This document shows positions 9,897-19,151 of a DNA stretch of 64,000 bases, piece by piece. Both the position numbers and the translations under genes were made by a program. The notes under the pieces are model-generated. The model saw only the letters and a program-made list of their open reading frames with translations. It did no database searches and was not told the DNA's origin. Source of the DNA: an uncultured delta proteobacterium (GTDB lineage Bacteria > Myxococcota_A > UBA9160 > SMWR01); assembly GCA_963832165.1 (NCBI GenBank), contig CAWHTE010000004.1:640001-704000 (forward strand). Direction: 5' to 3'. How positions within the stretch are numbered: the first letter of the stretch is position 1; the number at the start of each line of letters is the position of its first letter.

Positions 9897-10717
9897 GCGC
9901 GGCGCCGCGCGAGCAGGACCAGACCGAACCCCAGCAGCGCGGCGCTGCCGGGCTCGGGCACGAACAGGAGGTTGTCGAGTGCGAAGTAGGAAGGGGTGTT
10001 CAGGTAGCCGAAGCTCTGATCGCTCGAGTCGAGCGCGAACTCGAGCGCGGCGACCGTGCCGAGGCTCTGGAGATTGACGAACGCCCAGTTCGTGAGGATG
10101 TAGTCGAACTCGTCGTCCTCGAAGCGGTAGTCGGCGAGCACGAAGTCGATGTTGCCCGTCACCGCGTCGTCTGCGTCGCGCCCCGTGATCTCGAGGATCA
10201 GGTAGTCGGGATCGCTGCCGCTCGCGCCGCCGAACTTCTTCGCGAAGGCGTCGCCGTCGCGCATCGAGAGTGCGGCGTAGGTGGTATTGGTGAACGCCGC
10301 ACCGATCAGCTCGACGGGCTGGTCGAACGTGATGCGCGAGACGGGTCCCTGTGCGCCGACCTGGCCCCCCGTATAGGCCACGCCGTAGGTGGCGCTGCCG
10401 GAGGAGCCCGAGCCTGCGATCGCGCTGTACTGATTTCCGAAGCCCGGCGTCGTGGTGTCGGTGGTCTGCGAGTAGGCCCAGCCCTGCCAGAAGCAGCTGC
10501 CGCCAAACGTCGTGGTGTCGTTGTTGAACGTCGCGCCCTGGCTCGCGAAGTCCGTGCTCGGGCCCGGTGCGCTGCAGCCGTTGTAGTAGTAGTCGCCCGA
10601 GATCGGCAGGTTCGTGCCGAGGTCTTCGAAGTCGAGCGTGATGGCCGTGCCGGGCGCGGCCAGCGTCAGGGCGGTGAGCAGCGCGAGACCACTGCAGCGT
10701 GCGAGCGATCGGTGCAT
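9893..10717 (-). CDS. DUF4465-like (putative cobalamin-binding) PEP-CTERM protein
   Basis: WQGWAYS, NQYSAIAG, TNTTYAALSMRDGDAFAKKFGG, LADYRF, NTPSYFALDNL; VPEPGSAALLGFGLVLLARRRA tail. Confidence 0.82.
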   Translation of the reverse strand: MHRSLARCSGLALLTALTLAAPGTAITLDFEDLGTNLPISGDYYYNGCSAPGPSTDFASQGATFNNDTTTFGGSCFWQGWAYSQTTDTTTPGFGNQYSAIAGSGSSGSATYGVAYTGGQVGAQGPVSRITFDQPVELIGAAFTNTTYAALSMRDGDAFAKKFGGASGSDPDYLILEITGRDADDAVTGNIDFVLADYRFEDDEFDYILTNWAFVNLQSLGTVAALEFALDSSDQSFGYLNTPSYFALDNLLFVPEPGSAALLGFGLVLLARRRA

Positions 10718-10865
10718 GGCGGACTTCTCCGGGCGCCGCGTCCGGGCGCCGTGTGGGGTGACACACGGCTCGCGCCCCGCACAGCGGGGTTCCGAAGCGA
10801 GAAGCGAGCGCCGGGGTCCAAGTCCGGGCCTCTTCCTGGTCCTCGAAGAAGAGCGAGCCGTGGTT

Positions 10866-11040
10866 TGAGGGCCGGTCTTCTGGCTCCCGGATCTACCGAC
10901 CGCCGTGCCTTCCCAGCCCCATCGGGCCAGTGGCGTCCTACGGCGTTCGTACCCGGTTACAGCGACGGGCTCGCGCCGGATTCTCACCGGCTTCCCGCAG
11001 GTCGCTGCGCGCCTCGGTGGCATCGCATCGACCCGCCCAC
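10866..11040 (-). promoter_or_regulatory. Cobalamin (AdoCbl) riboswitch
   Basis: Minus strand has GGGAAGCCGGTGAGAATCCGGCGCGAGCCCGTCGCTGTAA, GCCACTG, GGGAAGGC and the B12 box AGCCAGAAGACCGGCC, upstream of the TonB operon. Confidence 0.93.
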
Positions 11041-11321
11041 CGCCGTCACCGACGGTGGGTCACCCTCGATTCATATTGTGCGATCCGTTCTAGCCGCAGC
11101 GGACGGAGCGTGTCAATTGCGTTTGGTTGCGGTTGCCCGGGCCGGGCGGATGTTTGCCGCTCCGGCCCGGGCTTCGGCGGTGAGCCGGAGCCGCGCGGCG
11201 CTCGGGCTCGTGCACGACGGGCCAATCACACCGCCCGGCTTGCCTGCGCCCGTACCTGCGCGACGAATTCAAGCGCCCGGCCTAGCGCATGGGGAGGTTC
11301 ACGCTTCCAGGGGACGAGTTC

Positions 11322-11524
11322 GAGTGCCGGGGTGGTTGGCTTGCTGCGGCGAAGTAAAGCGGAGCCGGCCACGGGCCGTCGCACGGCTCGTGGCAACTTG
11401 GGTTGGACCGGCAACCTGAAAGCCTGAAGCAATCGCTGGCTTCGGATCATTCGGGCGAGAGAGAACGTCACCCCCAGGCCGGCGAGCCATGAGCCGCAGC
11501 AAGCCAACCACCCCGGCCGCACTC
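11322..11524. repeat. ~200-nt element closed by a 25-bp perfect inverted repeat (MITE or structured RNA, unresolved)
   Basis: GCCGGGGTGGTTGGCTTGCTGCGGC (11326-11350) pairs with GCCGCAGCAAGCCAACCACCCCGGC (11493-11517); internal hairpins present. Confidence 0.6.
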
Positions 11525-11561
11525 ATCGATCATTCGCCGACAACCAACCGCCCTGGCCACA

Positions 11562-12680
11562 CTATCCGACTCGATTCAACTCTTTTCGCAACGCAAACAA
11601 CAGTGCTTCGACGTTGATCAAGCGCGCGTTCTCGCCCATGAGTCCGACCCGCCAGACCTTGCCTCCGAGCGGGCCGAGGCCGCCGCCCACCTCGATGCCG
11701 TAGCGGTCGAGCAGCGTGCGGCGCAGATCCGCTTCGCCGCGCGCCGTGACCCACTCGGGCAGCCGCAGCGTCGTGAGCATCGGCAGGCGGTAGGGCGCCT
11801 CGACGAGGGGCGTGAAGCCGAGCACGCGGGTGCCTTCGATCAGCTGCTCGGCGGCCGAACGATGGCGCGCAGCGCGCACCTCCATTCCCTCTTCCTCGAC
11901 GAGTCGCAACCCCTCCGCGAGGCCCAGGATCGCCGACACGGGCGCCGTGTGGTGGTAGACGCGCGCGCCGCCGAAGTAGTTGGCGAGCAGGCTCACGTCG
12001 AGGAACCAGCTCTGCACGGGCGTCTTGCGCGCGCGCACGTGCTCGACCGCGCGCGCGGAGAAAGTCGCCGGAGACAGGCCGGGCGGGCACGACAGACACT
12101 TCTGTGTGCCGGAGTAGGCCGCGTCGATGCCCCATGCGTCGAGCGCGAGCGGCAGGCCACCGAGCGAAGTGACGCAGTCGAGCACCACGAACGCGCCCGC
12201 GTTGCGAGCCGCGCGCGCGATCCCCTCGACGGGCTGGCACACGCCCGTGGAAGTCTCCGCGTGCACGAAGCTCACGACGCGCGGGCGCACGCGCGCGATC
12301 GCGTCAGCCATCGCGTCGTCCGAGAGCGGCGTGCCCGGCTCGGTCTCGACGCAGGTCACACGTGCGCCCGCGCGCCGCGCCACCTCCGCCATGCGCCCGC
12401 CGAACACGCCGGCGACGCCCACGACCACGTCGTCGCCGGGCTCGAGCAGGTTGACGAGACACGCCTCCATGCCGGCGCTTCCGGTCGCCGAGAGCGGCAG
12501 CGTCAGCTCGTTCTCTGTGCCGAAGAGTCGCCGCAGCGCGGCTTGCACGCGGTCGAGCAGCGCCAGGAACGCGGGGTCCAGGTGGCCGACGAGTGGCTGT
12601 GACATCGCGCGCAGCACGCGCGGGTGGACGTTCGATGGCCCGGGCCCGAGCAGCAGCCGCCTCGGCAGGATTCTCGGCAT
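11562..12680 (-). CDS. Alanine-glyoxylate/serine-pyruvate aminotransferase (class V PLP)
   Basis: LLLGPGPSNV, HAETSTG, DCVTSLGG, YSGTQKCLSCPPG. Confidence 0.93.
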   Translation of the reverse strand: MPRILPRRLLLGPGPSNVHPRVLRAMSQPLVGHLDPAFLALLDRVQAALRRLFGTENELTLPLSATGSAGMEACLVNLLEPGDDVVVGVAGVFGGRMAEVARRAGARVTCVETEPGTPLSDDAMADAIARVRPRVVSFVHAETSTGVCQPVEGIARAARNAGAFVVLDCVTSLGGLPLALDAWGIDAAYSGTQKCLSCPPGLSPATFSARAVEHVRARKTPVQSWFLDVSLLANYFGGARVYHHTAPVSAILGLAEGLRLVEEEGMEVRAARHRSAAEQLIEGTRVLGFTPLVEAPYRLPMLTTLRLPEWVTARGEADLRRTLLDRYGIEVGGGLGPLGGKVWRVGLMGENARLINVEALLFALRKELNRVG

Positions 12681-12730
12681 CTTCGAATTCTACCCAGCTC
12701 GCCCTGGCGCGGCGTGTCATCCTTGCGCGA

Positions 12731-13882
12731 ATGACGAGTGCCGTGCGCGACCGCGAAGCCTACGAACAGGAAGAGCGCGAGCGGCTCGCGCCGTGGGCTG
12801 TGATGAGCGCTGCGTCTCGCGGTCGCGTGTACGCGGAGGCCGAACACCGGCACCGCACCGCGTTCCAGCGCGATCGCGACCGGGTCGTGCACTCGCGCGC
12901 GTTCCGGCGCCTCGAGTACAAGACCCAGGTGTTCGTGTATCACGAAGGCGATCACCTGCGAAATCGCCTCACCCACACGATCGAGGCGAGCCAGATCGCG
13001 CGCACGATCGCGAGGGTGCTGCGCCTGAACGAGGAGCTCGCCGAGGCCGTCGTCCTCGCGCACGACCTCGGCCACACGCCTTTTGGCCACGCGGGCGAGC
13101 GCGTGCTCGCGGATCTCATGGAGGAGCACGGCGGCTTCGATCACAACCGCCAGAGCCTGCGGATCGTCGACTGGCTCGAAGATCGCTATGCGGCGTTTCG
13201 CGGCCTGAACCTCTGCTACGAGACGCGCGAGGGGATCCTCAAGCACGGCTGCCACTGGGAGCATCCGGTGCCGGTGCCGGCTACCGCGAAGCAGCCGTGC
13301 CTCGAGGCCCAGGTGGCCGACCGCGCCGACGAGATCGCCTACACCAACCACGATCTCGACGATGGGCTGCGCTCGGAGCTGCTCGAGCTCGCCGCGCTCG
13401 ACGGCGTGCCGCTGTGGCGCGAGGTGTACGGCGAGGTGGGCGCGCGCAATCGGGGCGCGAGCTCCGCGGTGCTGCGCGCGCAGACGATCGTGGCGCTGAT
13501 CGACCGGCTCTCCACCGACCTCGTGCTCGCGACGGCCGAGCGGCTCGAGCGCGCGTCGCCGCGCGACGTGGACGCGGTGCGCGCGAGCGAGCCGCGCTTC
13601 GTGGGCTTCCATGACGAGCTAGGCGCGGCGTTCCTCGAGCTCAAGGCCTACCTGCGCGAGGCGCTCTACTACCATCCGCACGTGCTCGCGAAGAACGCCC
13701 AGGCCGAGCCCGTGATCGGCGACCTGTTCACGGCCTACGCGAGCGGGAAGCGCGCCGTGCCCGAGCAGATCCGCGAGCGCGTGGCGATCGACGGCGAGAT
13801 GCGCGCGATCGCCGATTACGTCGCGGGCATGACCGACCGCTTTGCGCTCGCCGAGCACGCGCAGCTGCGGAGCGAGTCATGA
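12731..13882 (+). CDS. dgt: Deoxyguanosinetriphosphate triphosphohydrolase
   Basis: FQRDRDRVVHSRAFRRLEYKTQVF, RLTHTIE, HDLGHTPFGHAGE, DYVAGMTDRFA. Confidence 0.95.
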   Translation: MTSAVRDREAYEQEERERLAPWAVMSAASRGRVYAEAEHRHRTAFQRDRDRVVHSRAFRRLEYKTQVFVYHEGDHLRNRLTHTIEASQIARTIARVLRLNEELAEAVVLAHDLGHTPFGHAGERVLADLMEEHGGFDHNRQSLRIVDWLEDRYAAFRGLNLCYETREGILKHGCHWEHPVPVPATAKQPCLEAQVADRADEIAYTNHDLDDGLRSELLELAALDGVPLWREVYGEVGARNRGASSAVLRAQTIVALIDRLSTDLVLATAERLERASPRDVDAVRASEPRFVGFHDELGAAFLELKAYLREALYYHPHVLAKNAQAEPVIGDLFTAYASGKRAVPEQIRERVAIDGEMRAIADYVAGMTDRFALAEHAQLRSES

Positions 13883-14298
13883 GCAAGGAGGCCGACGAAG
13901 TCGGCCGACGCGCAGCGAGGCGAAGCCGAGCGAAGGCCGGAACCCGAGCGCGAGCGAGCAGCGAGCGCGAAGGCCCGGCAAGGCAGGAGATCCTGGTCGT
14001 GCTCGTCACGGCTCCCGATGCGGAGACCGCGGCGCGCATCGGCCGCGCGCTCGTGGAGGAGCGCCTGATCGCGTGCGCGAACCTGGTTCCGGGGATCCGC
14101 TCGATCTACCGCTGGGAAGGCCAGATCGCGGACGAGGCCGAGGTCCTGCTCGTGCTCAAGACCCGCGCGAGCCAGTGCGCGGCGGTGGCGGCTCGGGTGA
14201 AGGCCCTCCATCCTTACGCGCTTCCCGAGGTGGTCGCCCTCCCGGTCGTGGATGGCAGTCAGGCCTATCTCGACTGGGTCGCGGCGGAGTCTCGATGA
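13879..14298 (+). CDS. cutA: Divalent-cation tolerance protein CutA with repeat-derived N-terminal extension
   Basis: LVEERLIACANLVPGIRSIYRWEG, HPYALPEVV; ATGA coupling to dgt. Confidence 0.92.
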   Translation: MSKEADEVGRRAARRSRAKAGTRARASSEREGPARQEILVVLVTAPDAETAARIGRALVEERLIACANLVPGIRSIYRWEGQIADEAEVLLVLKTRASQCAAVAARVKALHPYALPEVVALPVVDGSQAYLDWVAAESR

Positions 14299-15491
14299 GC
14301 TCATTCCATGTCGGGCTGCCCGAGGCGCTGGAGCGCGCCGCGACTGCGCTGCCGCAGGCCGCGGACGTGATCCGGCCCGCCAACGGCGACCCGGGCCAGC
14401 TCGCGCGCGATCTCTCCGCGGCCGATGCGGCCGCCGTGCTCAGCTGGCTGCTCGAGCACGAGCCCGCTGCGGGGGAGGAGCTCGCGCTCACCTGGGGCGA
14501 GGATCCCGCCACGGCAAGCCCCGTGCTGGGCCTCGCGCCGGACGCGCTGCCCAAGCCCGCACGCAAGGCGCTGCGGCGCGTGCTGCACCGGCTGCGATCG
14601 AGCGGCGTCGCGGTTCCGGAGGTCGCGCCCGCGGCCACGACCGCCACGCTCGCACCGCTCGACGAGGCGATCGACGAGGCCCGCGTGACCGCGTTCGACC
14701 CGCACGGCGTGCGCATCGCCTATCTCGCCAACGACCGCGCGGGTGGCGGCGTGCGGCTGTTCGAGCTCGCGCTCGACGACGCGCGCGGCGTGCTCGAGTT
14801 CGAAGTGTTCGAGGCGGGGCGCTCGCGCGCGCGCCGCTTCCTGCGCGATGCGGGCCAGCGCCAGGCCTGGCCCGCGGTGCCCGCGCCTTCGGCGTCGGTG
14901 CGCGCGCTGATCGCGCGCGCGGTCGCGCACCAGGCCAGCGACCGCTCTGCGCCGCGCCAGTTCTCCGAGTGGCGCACGCGCTTGTGCGAGGCGCCGCCCG
15001 GCACGCAGACGCCCGGTGAGATCGCGCGCGCGGAGCTCGGCGCGGGAGAGCTCGAGCGCGAGACCGTCGTCGGCTGGGTACGCGACGGCGTGCTCGGCCC
15101 GTGGCCGCCGCCGATCGAGCGCGTGCAGGGATTGATCGAGCGGCTCGACGAGCTCGCGAAAGGCGTGGTGATCGTCTCGGAGGCGGCGCGCCGCGAGCAG
15201 GTCGACCGCGCGGTCGAGGACGCACTCGACGCGATCTATGCGCCCGAACAGCGCAGCCGGATCGCGGATCTGTTCGAGGAGACCGCCTACGTTTGGTGGC
15301 GGAGCGGTCGCGAGACCGAGGCGCGTCAGGCGCTCGCGGCCGCGGGCGACTTCCGCACGCGCGAGCCGCGCGAGAATCCGGTTGCGCGCGCAATGATCGA
15401 ACGGCTGCTGGCGCCCGCGCTCTTGCGCGCGCGCTCAGACAGCCGCGAGCCGGCGGCAAACACCGCGTCCGCGCTCGAGGAGAGAGGCTGA
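14295..15491 (+). CDS. Hypothetical protein
   Basis: ATGA-coupled to cutA; high GC3 codon usage; RKALRRVLHRLRSSG helix. Confidence 0.65.
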   Translation: MSSFHVGLPEALERAATALPQAADVIRPANGDPGQLARDLSAADAAAVLSWLLEHEPAAGEELALTWGEDPATASPVLGLAPDALPKPARKALRRVLHRLRSSGVAVPEVAPAATTATLAPLDEAIDEARVTAFDPHGVRIAYLANDRAGGGVRLFELALDDARGVLEFEVFEAGRSRARRFLRDAGQRQAWPAVPAPSASVRALIARAVAHQASDRSAPRQFSEWRTRLCEAPPGTQTPGEIARAELGAGELERETVVGWVRDGVLGPWPPPIERVQGLIERLDELAKGVVIVSEAARREQVDRAVEDALDAIYAPEQRSRIADLFEETAYVWWRSGRETEARQALAAAGDFRTREPRENPVARAMIERLLAPALLRARSDSREPAANTASALEERG

Positions 15492-18325
15492 TGAGACGCC
15501 GATTCGGGCGTGGACGACGCAATGATTCCCAGGGTGAGGCGCGCGGGGCGTCGATCGACGCAGCCGCGGTGATCGCCCAGATCCTCGAGGCGCGCGCGAT
15601 CGACGCCGAACGGCTCGAGCCCGTGCAGCTCGAGGGCGTGCCCGCGAACTTCGCGGCGCTCGGTGCAGGAGAGAACGGCGCGGGCCGGCCCGTCGCGGTC
15701 GGATTCAGTCCCGAGCGCGGCGCCGACGCGGCGCTCGCCGTGCTCGTGCTCGCGGCTCAGCGCCGCAGCGCGGGTCAGCCCGACGCGAACTTGTTCGCGA
15801 TCGCGCCCGACTGGAGCGGCGCGGATCGCCGCCGCCTCGCGCTGCTCTCGCCGCGCGTGCCGCTCGCCGCGATCGCAGCGAGCGCGCTCGCAGGCGGCGC
15901 CGTGCGCGTGGCCCCGGAGCCGCGTGAGCCCGCGGTCTGCGAGCCGTCGCTGCTCGCGGGGCGGCTTGCGCGCAGCCCGGAGCGCGATGCGTTCACGCGC
16001 GCGCTCGCGGGGCTCGAGGGGCTCGCCGCGAAGCACGGCGGAGTCGTTCGCGGCGGCAGCGATCGCGCCGAGATCGTGCTGCTCGCGCGGCGCACGGCCG
16101 CGCTGGTCGCGGAGCCGGGTGCCGTGCGGCTCGAGGTGTACGAGCCCGACCGCGCCACGCTGCCGCTCACCTCGGCCGAGACCCTCGCCACCGCTCTGGA
16201 TCGACTCGAGGGTTTGCTCCGCAAGCTCCTGAACGACCGCAAGATTCGCACCGCCGAGGCCGGTCTGCGCGCAGCCCTGCAGCCGGTCCTCGAGCGCGCC
16301 GCCGACCTCATCGCGAGCGCGCGCTGGCCCGTGAGCGGCACCGATGGCGAGGTGATCGAGGCGGTGGGCCTCGACGCGTCGGGTCGCGTGGTGGTGGTCG
16401 CCGCGCGCGAGAAGCTCGATCTGCCCGGCTTCGCCCAGATCCTCGATGCGGTGCCCGCCGCGATCGGTGTCGCGCGCGACCTCGCGCGCCGCGAGGGGCG
16501 TCCGCCCGCACCCGGTGCGCCGCGACTCGCGCTCGCCGCGGTCGACTTCGACCGCGCCGTGCTCGATGCGTGCGCGGCGCTGGGCCTCGACCTCTCGCTA
16601 TTCGACGCGAGCACGCGGCGCAGCGGCGACTGGGGGCTCGAGGCGCGCCCGCGGCCCGAGCTCGGAGAGGCGACCGCGACTCCGTACGCCGCGCGCCCGC
16701 TCTCGCCGTACACGGCTCCGGTTGCGCCGCCGGCCCGCGAGACCGCACCCGAGCCGGCCCCGTCGTTCGCGCCGCCGAGCTCGTTCTCGGACGAGCCGAT
16801 CACGACCTCCGCGGCGCCCGCGCCGCGAGAAGAGCGCAGCACCGGCACGCGCCCCGAGCCGCGTTTCGAAGAGATGTCGCTGTTCGATCTCGACGAGGAG
16901 ACGCCCGTCGCCGAGGGCGCCGGCTCCGAGGGCGGAGAAGGCGGCGAGGGTGGCCGACGGCGGCGGCGCGGTCGCCGGCGCGGGCGGCGCGGCCGCGGAG
17001 GCGAGGCTCGCGGCGATGGTCGCAGCGACCGCGGCGATCGACCGCGCGGCGACGACGGCGGCGACCGCGACGAGCCGGATCGCTCGGGTTCGGCTCCATC
17101 GGAGCGAGCGCCGCAAGCGCTCGCGAGCGAGCCGCCCGCAGAGAGCGACGACGACGATCCGCTGCTCGAGGCCGACGACGACGTCGCGCTCGTGCCCATG
17201 GTCGAGGACGTGCCCGAGGTCGAAGAGCCCGAGCCGCCTGCCTATGACGACGAGGAAGAGGGCGACGAGGGCGATCCCGACGCGGATCGGGCGCGCCGCG
17301 CCGCGGATCAGCGCCGCAGCGCGCGGGTCGAGAAGCCGTTCGAGGTGCCCGCGCCGCGCCGGCGCGCGGCGTTCCTCGCCCATGCCGACCCGATCTCGGT
17401 GCTCTCGGCGATCGTGCTCGCGCGCGATGTGCGGCTCGTCGAGAGCTTCTGGGTCTATCCGCAGGCCGATCTCATGACGTTCTTCCGCAGCGTTGCGACC
17501 GACCTGCGCGACGAGACGCCGATGTTCCTGGTCGGCTTCGCCGCGTCGCCGCCCGCGCGCGACACGCTTCAGGCCGCGGCGCTGTACCGCGGCCGGCTGG
17601 ATTGGTTCGACCACCACGACTGGCCGCCCGAAGACCTCGTGGCGCTGCGCGAGACACTCGGCGCCGAGCACGTGCACGTGCAGCCGGGCGCCGAGAGCTC
17701 GCTCGCGGCCGTGATCGCGCAGCGCACGCGGCGCAGCCGCTTCTCCGACAAGCTCGTGGAGCTGATCACGGGGCGCTTCTCGCAGCACGACTACGAGCGC
17801 TGGGGTCGCTACTGGTGGCAGCGCGCGAGAGACATCGCCGGACGCGCGGGCGATCGCCGGGCCGAGGTCGAGCCGCTGCTCGCGGGGCGGCCGTCCGACC
17901 TCGCGCGCGAGGTGGCGCGCTCGCCCGAGCCGCCGCTTCCGGCCGAGCTCTCGTACGTCTCGAGCCGCGATTTCCGGCTGATCCACTTCGGCGGCCTCGT
18001 GATGGTCGTGCTCGAGGTGACCCCGGACCTCGACCTGCACCTGTGCGCGCGCATCGCGCGCGAGCGCTACCAGGCGCACCTCTCGCTCGCCATGAGTCCG
18101 GAGCGCGAGCTGGTCGTCCTCGGCGGCGACGAGACGCGCTTCAAGCGCGGCCTCGACCTCGGCGGAGTGACCGCTCACCTCGCCTCCAAGCACCGCTGGA
18201 TCGAGGCGCTCCCCGACGACGATCACGTCGCGCGGATGCGCGTGCACGGGCTCCACCGGGAGCCCGGTCGGCTCGACGAGCTGATCAGCGAGATCGCGAT
18301 GGGGCGCTCGATCGTCGAAGGGTAG
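15491..18325 (+). CDS. Large multidomain protein: N-terminal folded region, Arg/acidic disordered linker, C-terminal DHH-like domain
   Basis: TGATG coupling; RRRRRGRRRGRRGRGG tract; LDWFDHHDW motif. Confidence 0.65.
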   Translation: MRRRFGRGRRNDSQGEARGASIDAAAVIAQILEARAIDAERLEPVQLEGVPANFAALGAGENGAGRPVAVGFSPERGADAALAVLVLAAQRRSAGQPDANLFAIAPDWSGADRRRLALLSPRVPLAAIAASALAGGAVRVAPEPREPAVCEPSLLAGRLARSPERDAFTRALAGLEGLAAKHGGVVRGGSDRAEIVLLARRTAALVAEPGAVRLEVYEPDRATLPLTSAETLATALDRLEGLLRKLLNDRKIRTAEAGLRAALQPVLERAADLIASARWPVSGTDGEVIEAVGLDASGRVVVVAAREKLDLPGFAQILDAVPAAIGVARDLARREGRPPAPGAPRLALAAVDFDRAVLDACAALGLDLSLFDASTRRSGDWGLEARPRPELGEATATPYAARPLSPYTAPVAPPARETAPEPAPSFAPPSSFSDEPITTSAAPAPREERSTGTRPEPRFEEMSLFDLDEETPVAEGAGSEGGEGGEGGRRRRRGRRRGRRGRGGEARGDGRSDRGDRPRGDDGGDRDEPDRSGSAPSERAPQALASEPPAESDDDDPLLEADDDVALVPMVEDVPEVEEPEPPAYDDEEEGDEGDPDADRARRAADQRRSARVEKPFEVPAPRRRAAFLAHADPISVLSAIVLARDVRLVESFWVYPQADLMTFFRSVATDLRDETPMFLVGFAASPPARDTLQAAALYRGRLDWFDHHDWPPEDLVALRETLGAEHVHVQPGAESSLAAVIAQRTRRSRFSDKLVELITGRFSQHDYERWGRYWWQRARDIAGRAGDRRAEVEPLLAGRPSDLAREVARSPEPPLPAELSYVSSRDFRLIHFGGLVMVVLEVTPDLDLHLCARIARERYQAHLSLAMSPERELVVLGGDETRFKRGLDLGGVTAHLASKHRWIEALPDDDHVARMRVHGLHREPGRLDELISEIAMGRSIVEG

Positions 18326-18327
18326 TC

Positions 18328-19098
18328 GTGTCGTCCGCAAACCTCGTGGAGATCTTCTCGTCGTTTCAGGGCGAGGGACCCCACGTGGGCTGCTCGACGC
18401 TGTTCGTGCGCTTCGGTGCGTGCGATCTGCGCTGTCGCTGGTGCGATTCGCCGCACACGTGGAAGGCGGGACCGCGCTGCCGGATCGAGGATCCCGCGCT
18501 CGGCGAGCGCGAGCTCGAGAACCCCGTGCCGCTCGCGGAGATCACCGCGGCTGCCGAGGCCCTGCACGTGAAGCGCCACCGCTTCGTGAGCCTGACCGGT
18601 GGAGAGCCGCTGCTGCAGCCCGAGGCCGTGCACGCGACCGCGAGCGTCCTGCGCGAGCGCGGGCCGCGCATCCTGCTCGAGACGCACGGTCTCGCGACGG
18701 CCGCGCTCGTGCGCGTGATCGACGCAATCGACGTGATCTCGATGGACTGGAAGCTCGCGAGCGAGGTGGAGCGCGCCGACGCACCGCGCGGTGCACCGCG
18801 CGAGGAGTTCCACGCACAGCACGCGGAGTTCTTGCGCATCGCGCTGCGCTCGGCCGAGACCTACGTGAAGGTGGTGGTCACGCCCTCGACCCGCGACGAC
18901 GAGCTCGACGCGCTCGCGGGTCACGTCGCCGCGGTGGATCGCGAGGTTCCGCTCGTGATCCAGCCCGTCACGCCGCGCGGCTCCGTGAAGGAGAGCCCGA
19001 CGCCCGCCCGATTGCTCGCGTGGCAGGCGCGTCTCGAGCGCGAGTTGCGCGACGTGCGCGTGATCCCGCAGACCCATCCCGGGCTCGGCGTGCGCTGA
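18328..19098 (+). CDS. queE: 7-carboxy-7-deazaguanine synthase (radical SAM)
   Basis: EIFSSFQGEG, CDLRCRWCD, SLTGGEPLLQ, VRVIPQTH. Confidence 0.92.
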   Translation: MSSANLVEIFSSFQGEGPHVGCSTLFVRFGACDLRCRWCDSPHTWKAGPRCRIEDPALGERELENPVPLAEITAAAEALHVKRHRFVSLTGGEPLLQPEAVHATASVLRERGPRILLETHGLATAALVRVIDAIDVISMDWKLASEVERADAPRGAPREEFHAQHAEFLRIALRSAETYVKVVVTPSTRDDELDALAGHVAAVDREVPLVIQPVTPRGSVKESPTPARLLAWQARLERELRDVRVIPQTHPGLGVR

Positions 19099-19151
19099 CG
19101 TGCTCCCCGCCGGGATCAAGCGGACGCGCGTCCCGAGCCGAATAGACAGGG

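Noticed and set aside
11322..11524. Definite retron msr-msd or 6S RNA call
   Set aside because: No reverse transcriptase in the window, no long msd-like hairpin, and not in the usual ssrS context; kept only as an unresolved element.
12731..19098. dGTPase plus QueE as an anti-phage or 7-deazaguanine DNA-modification system
   Set aside because: Both look like housekeeping forms in a core-like operon with cutA; no dpdA/tgt-like or other defence genes are nearby.
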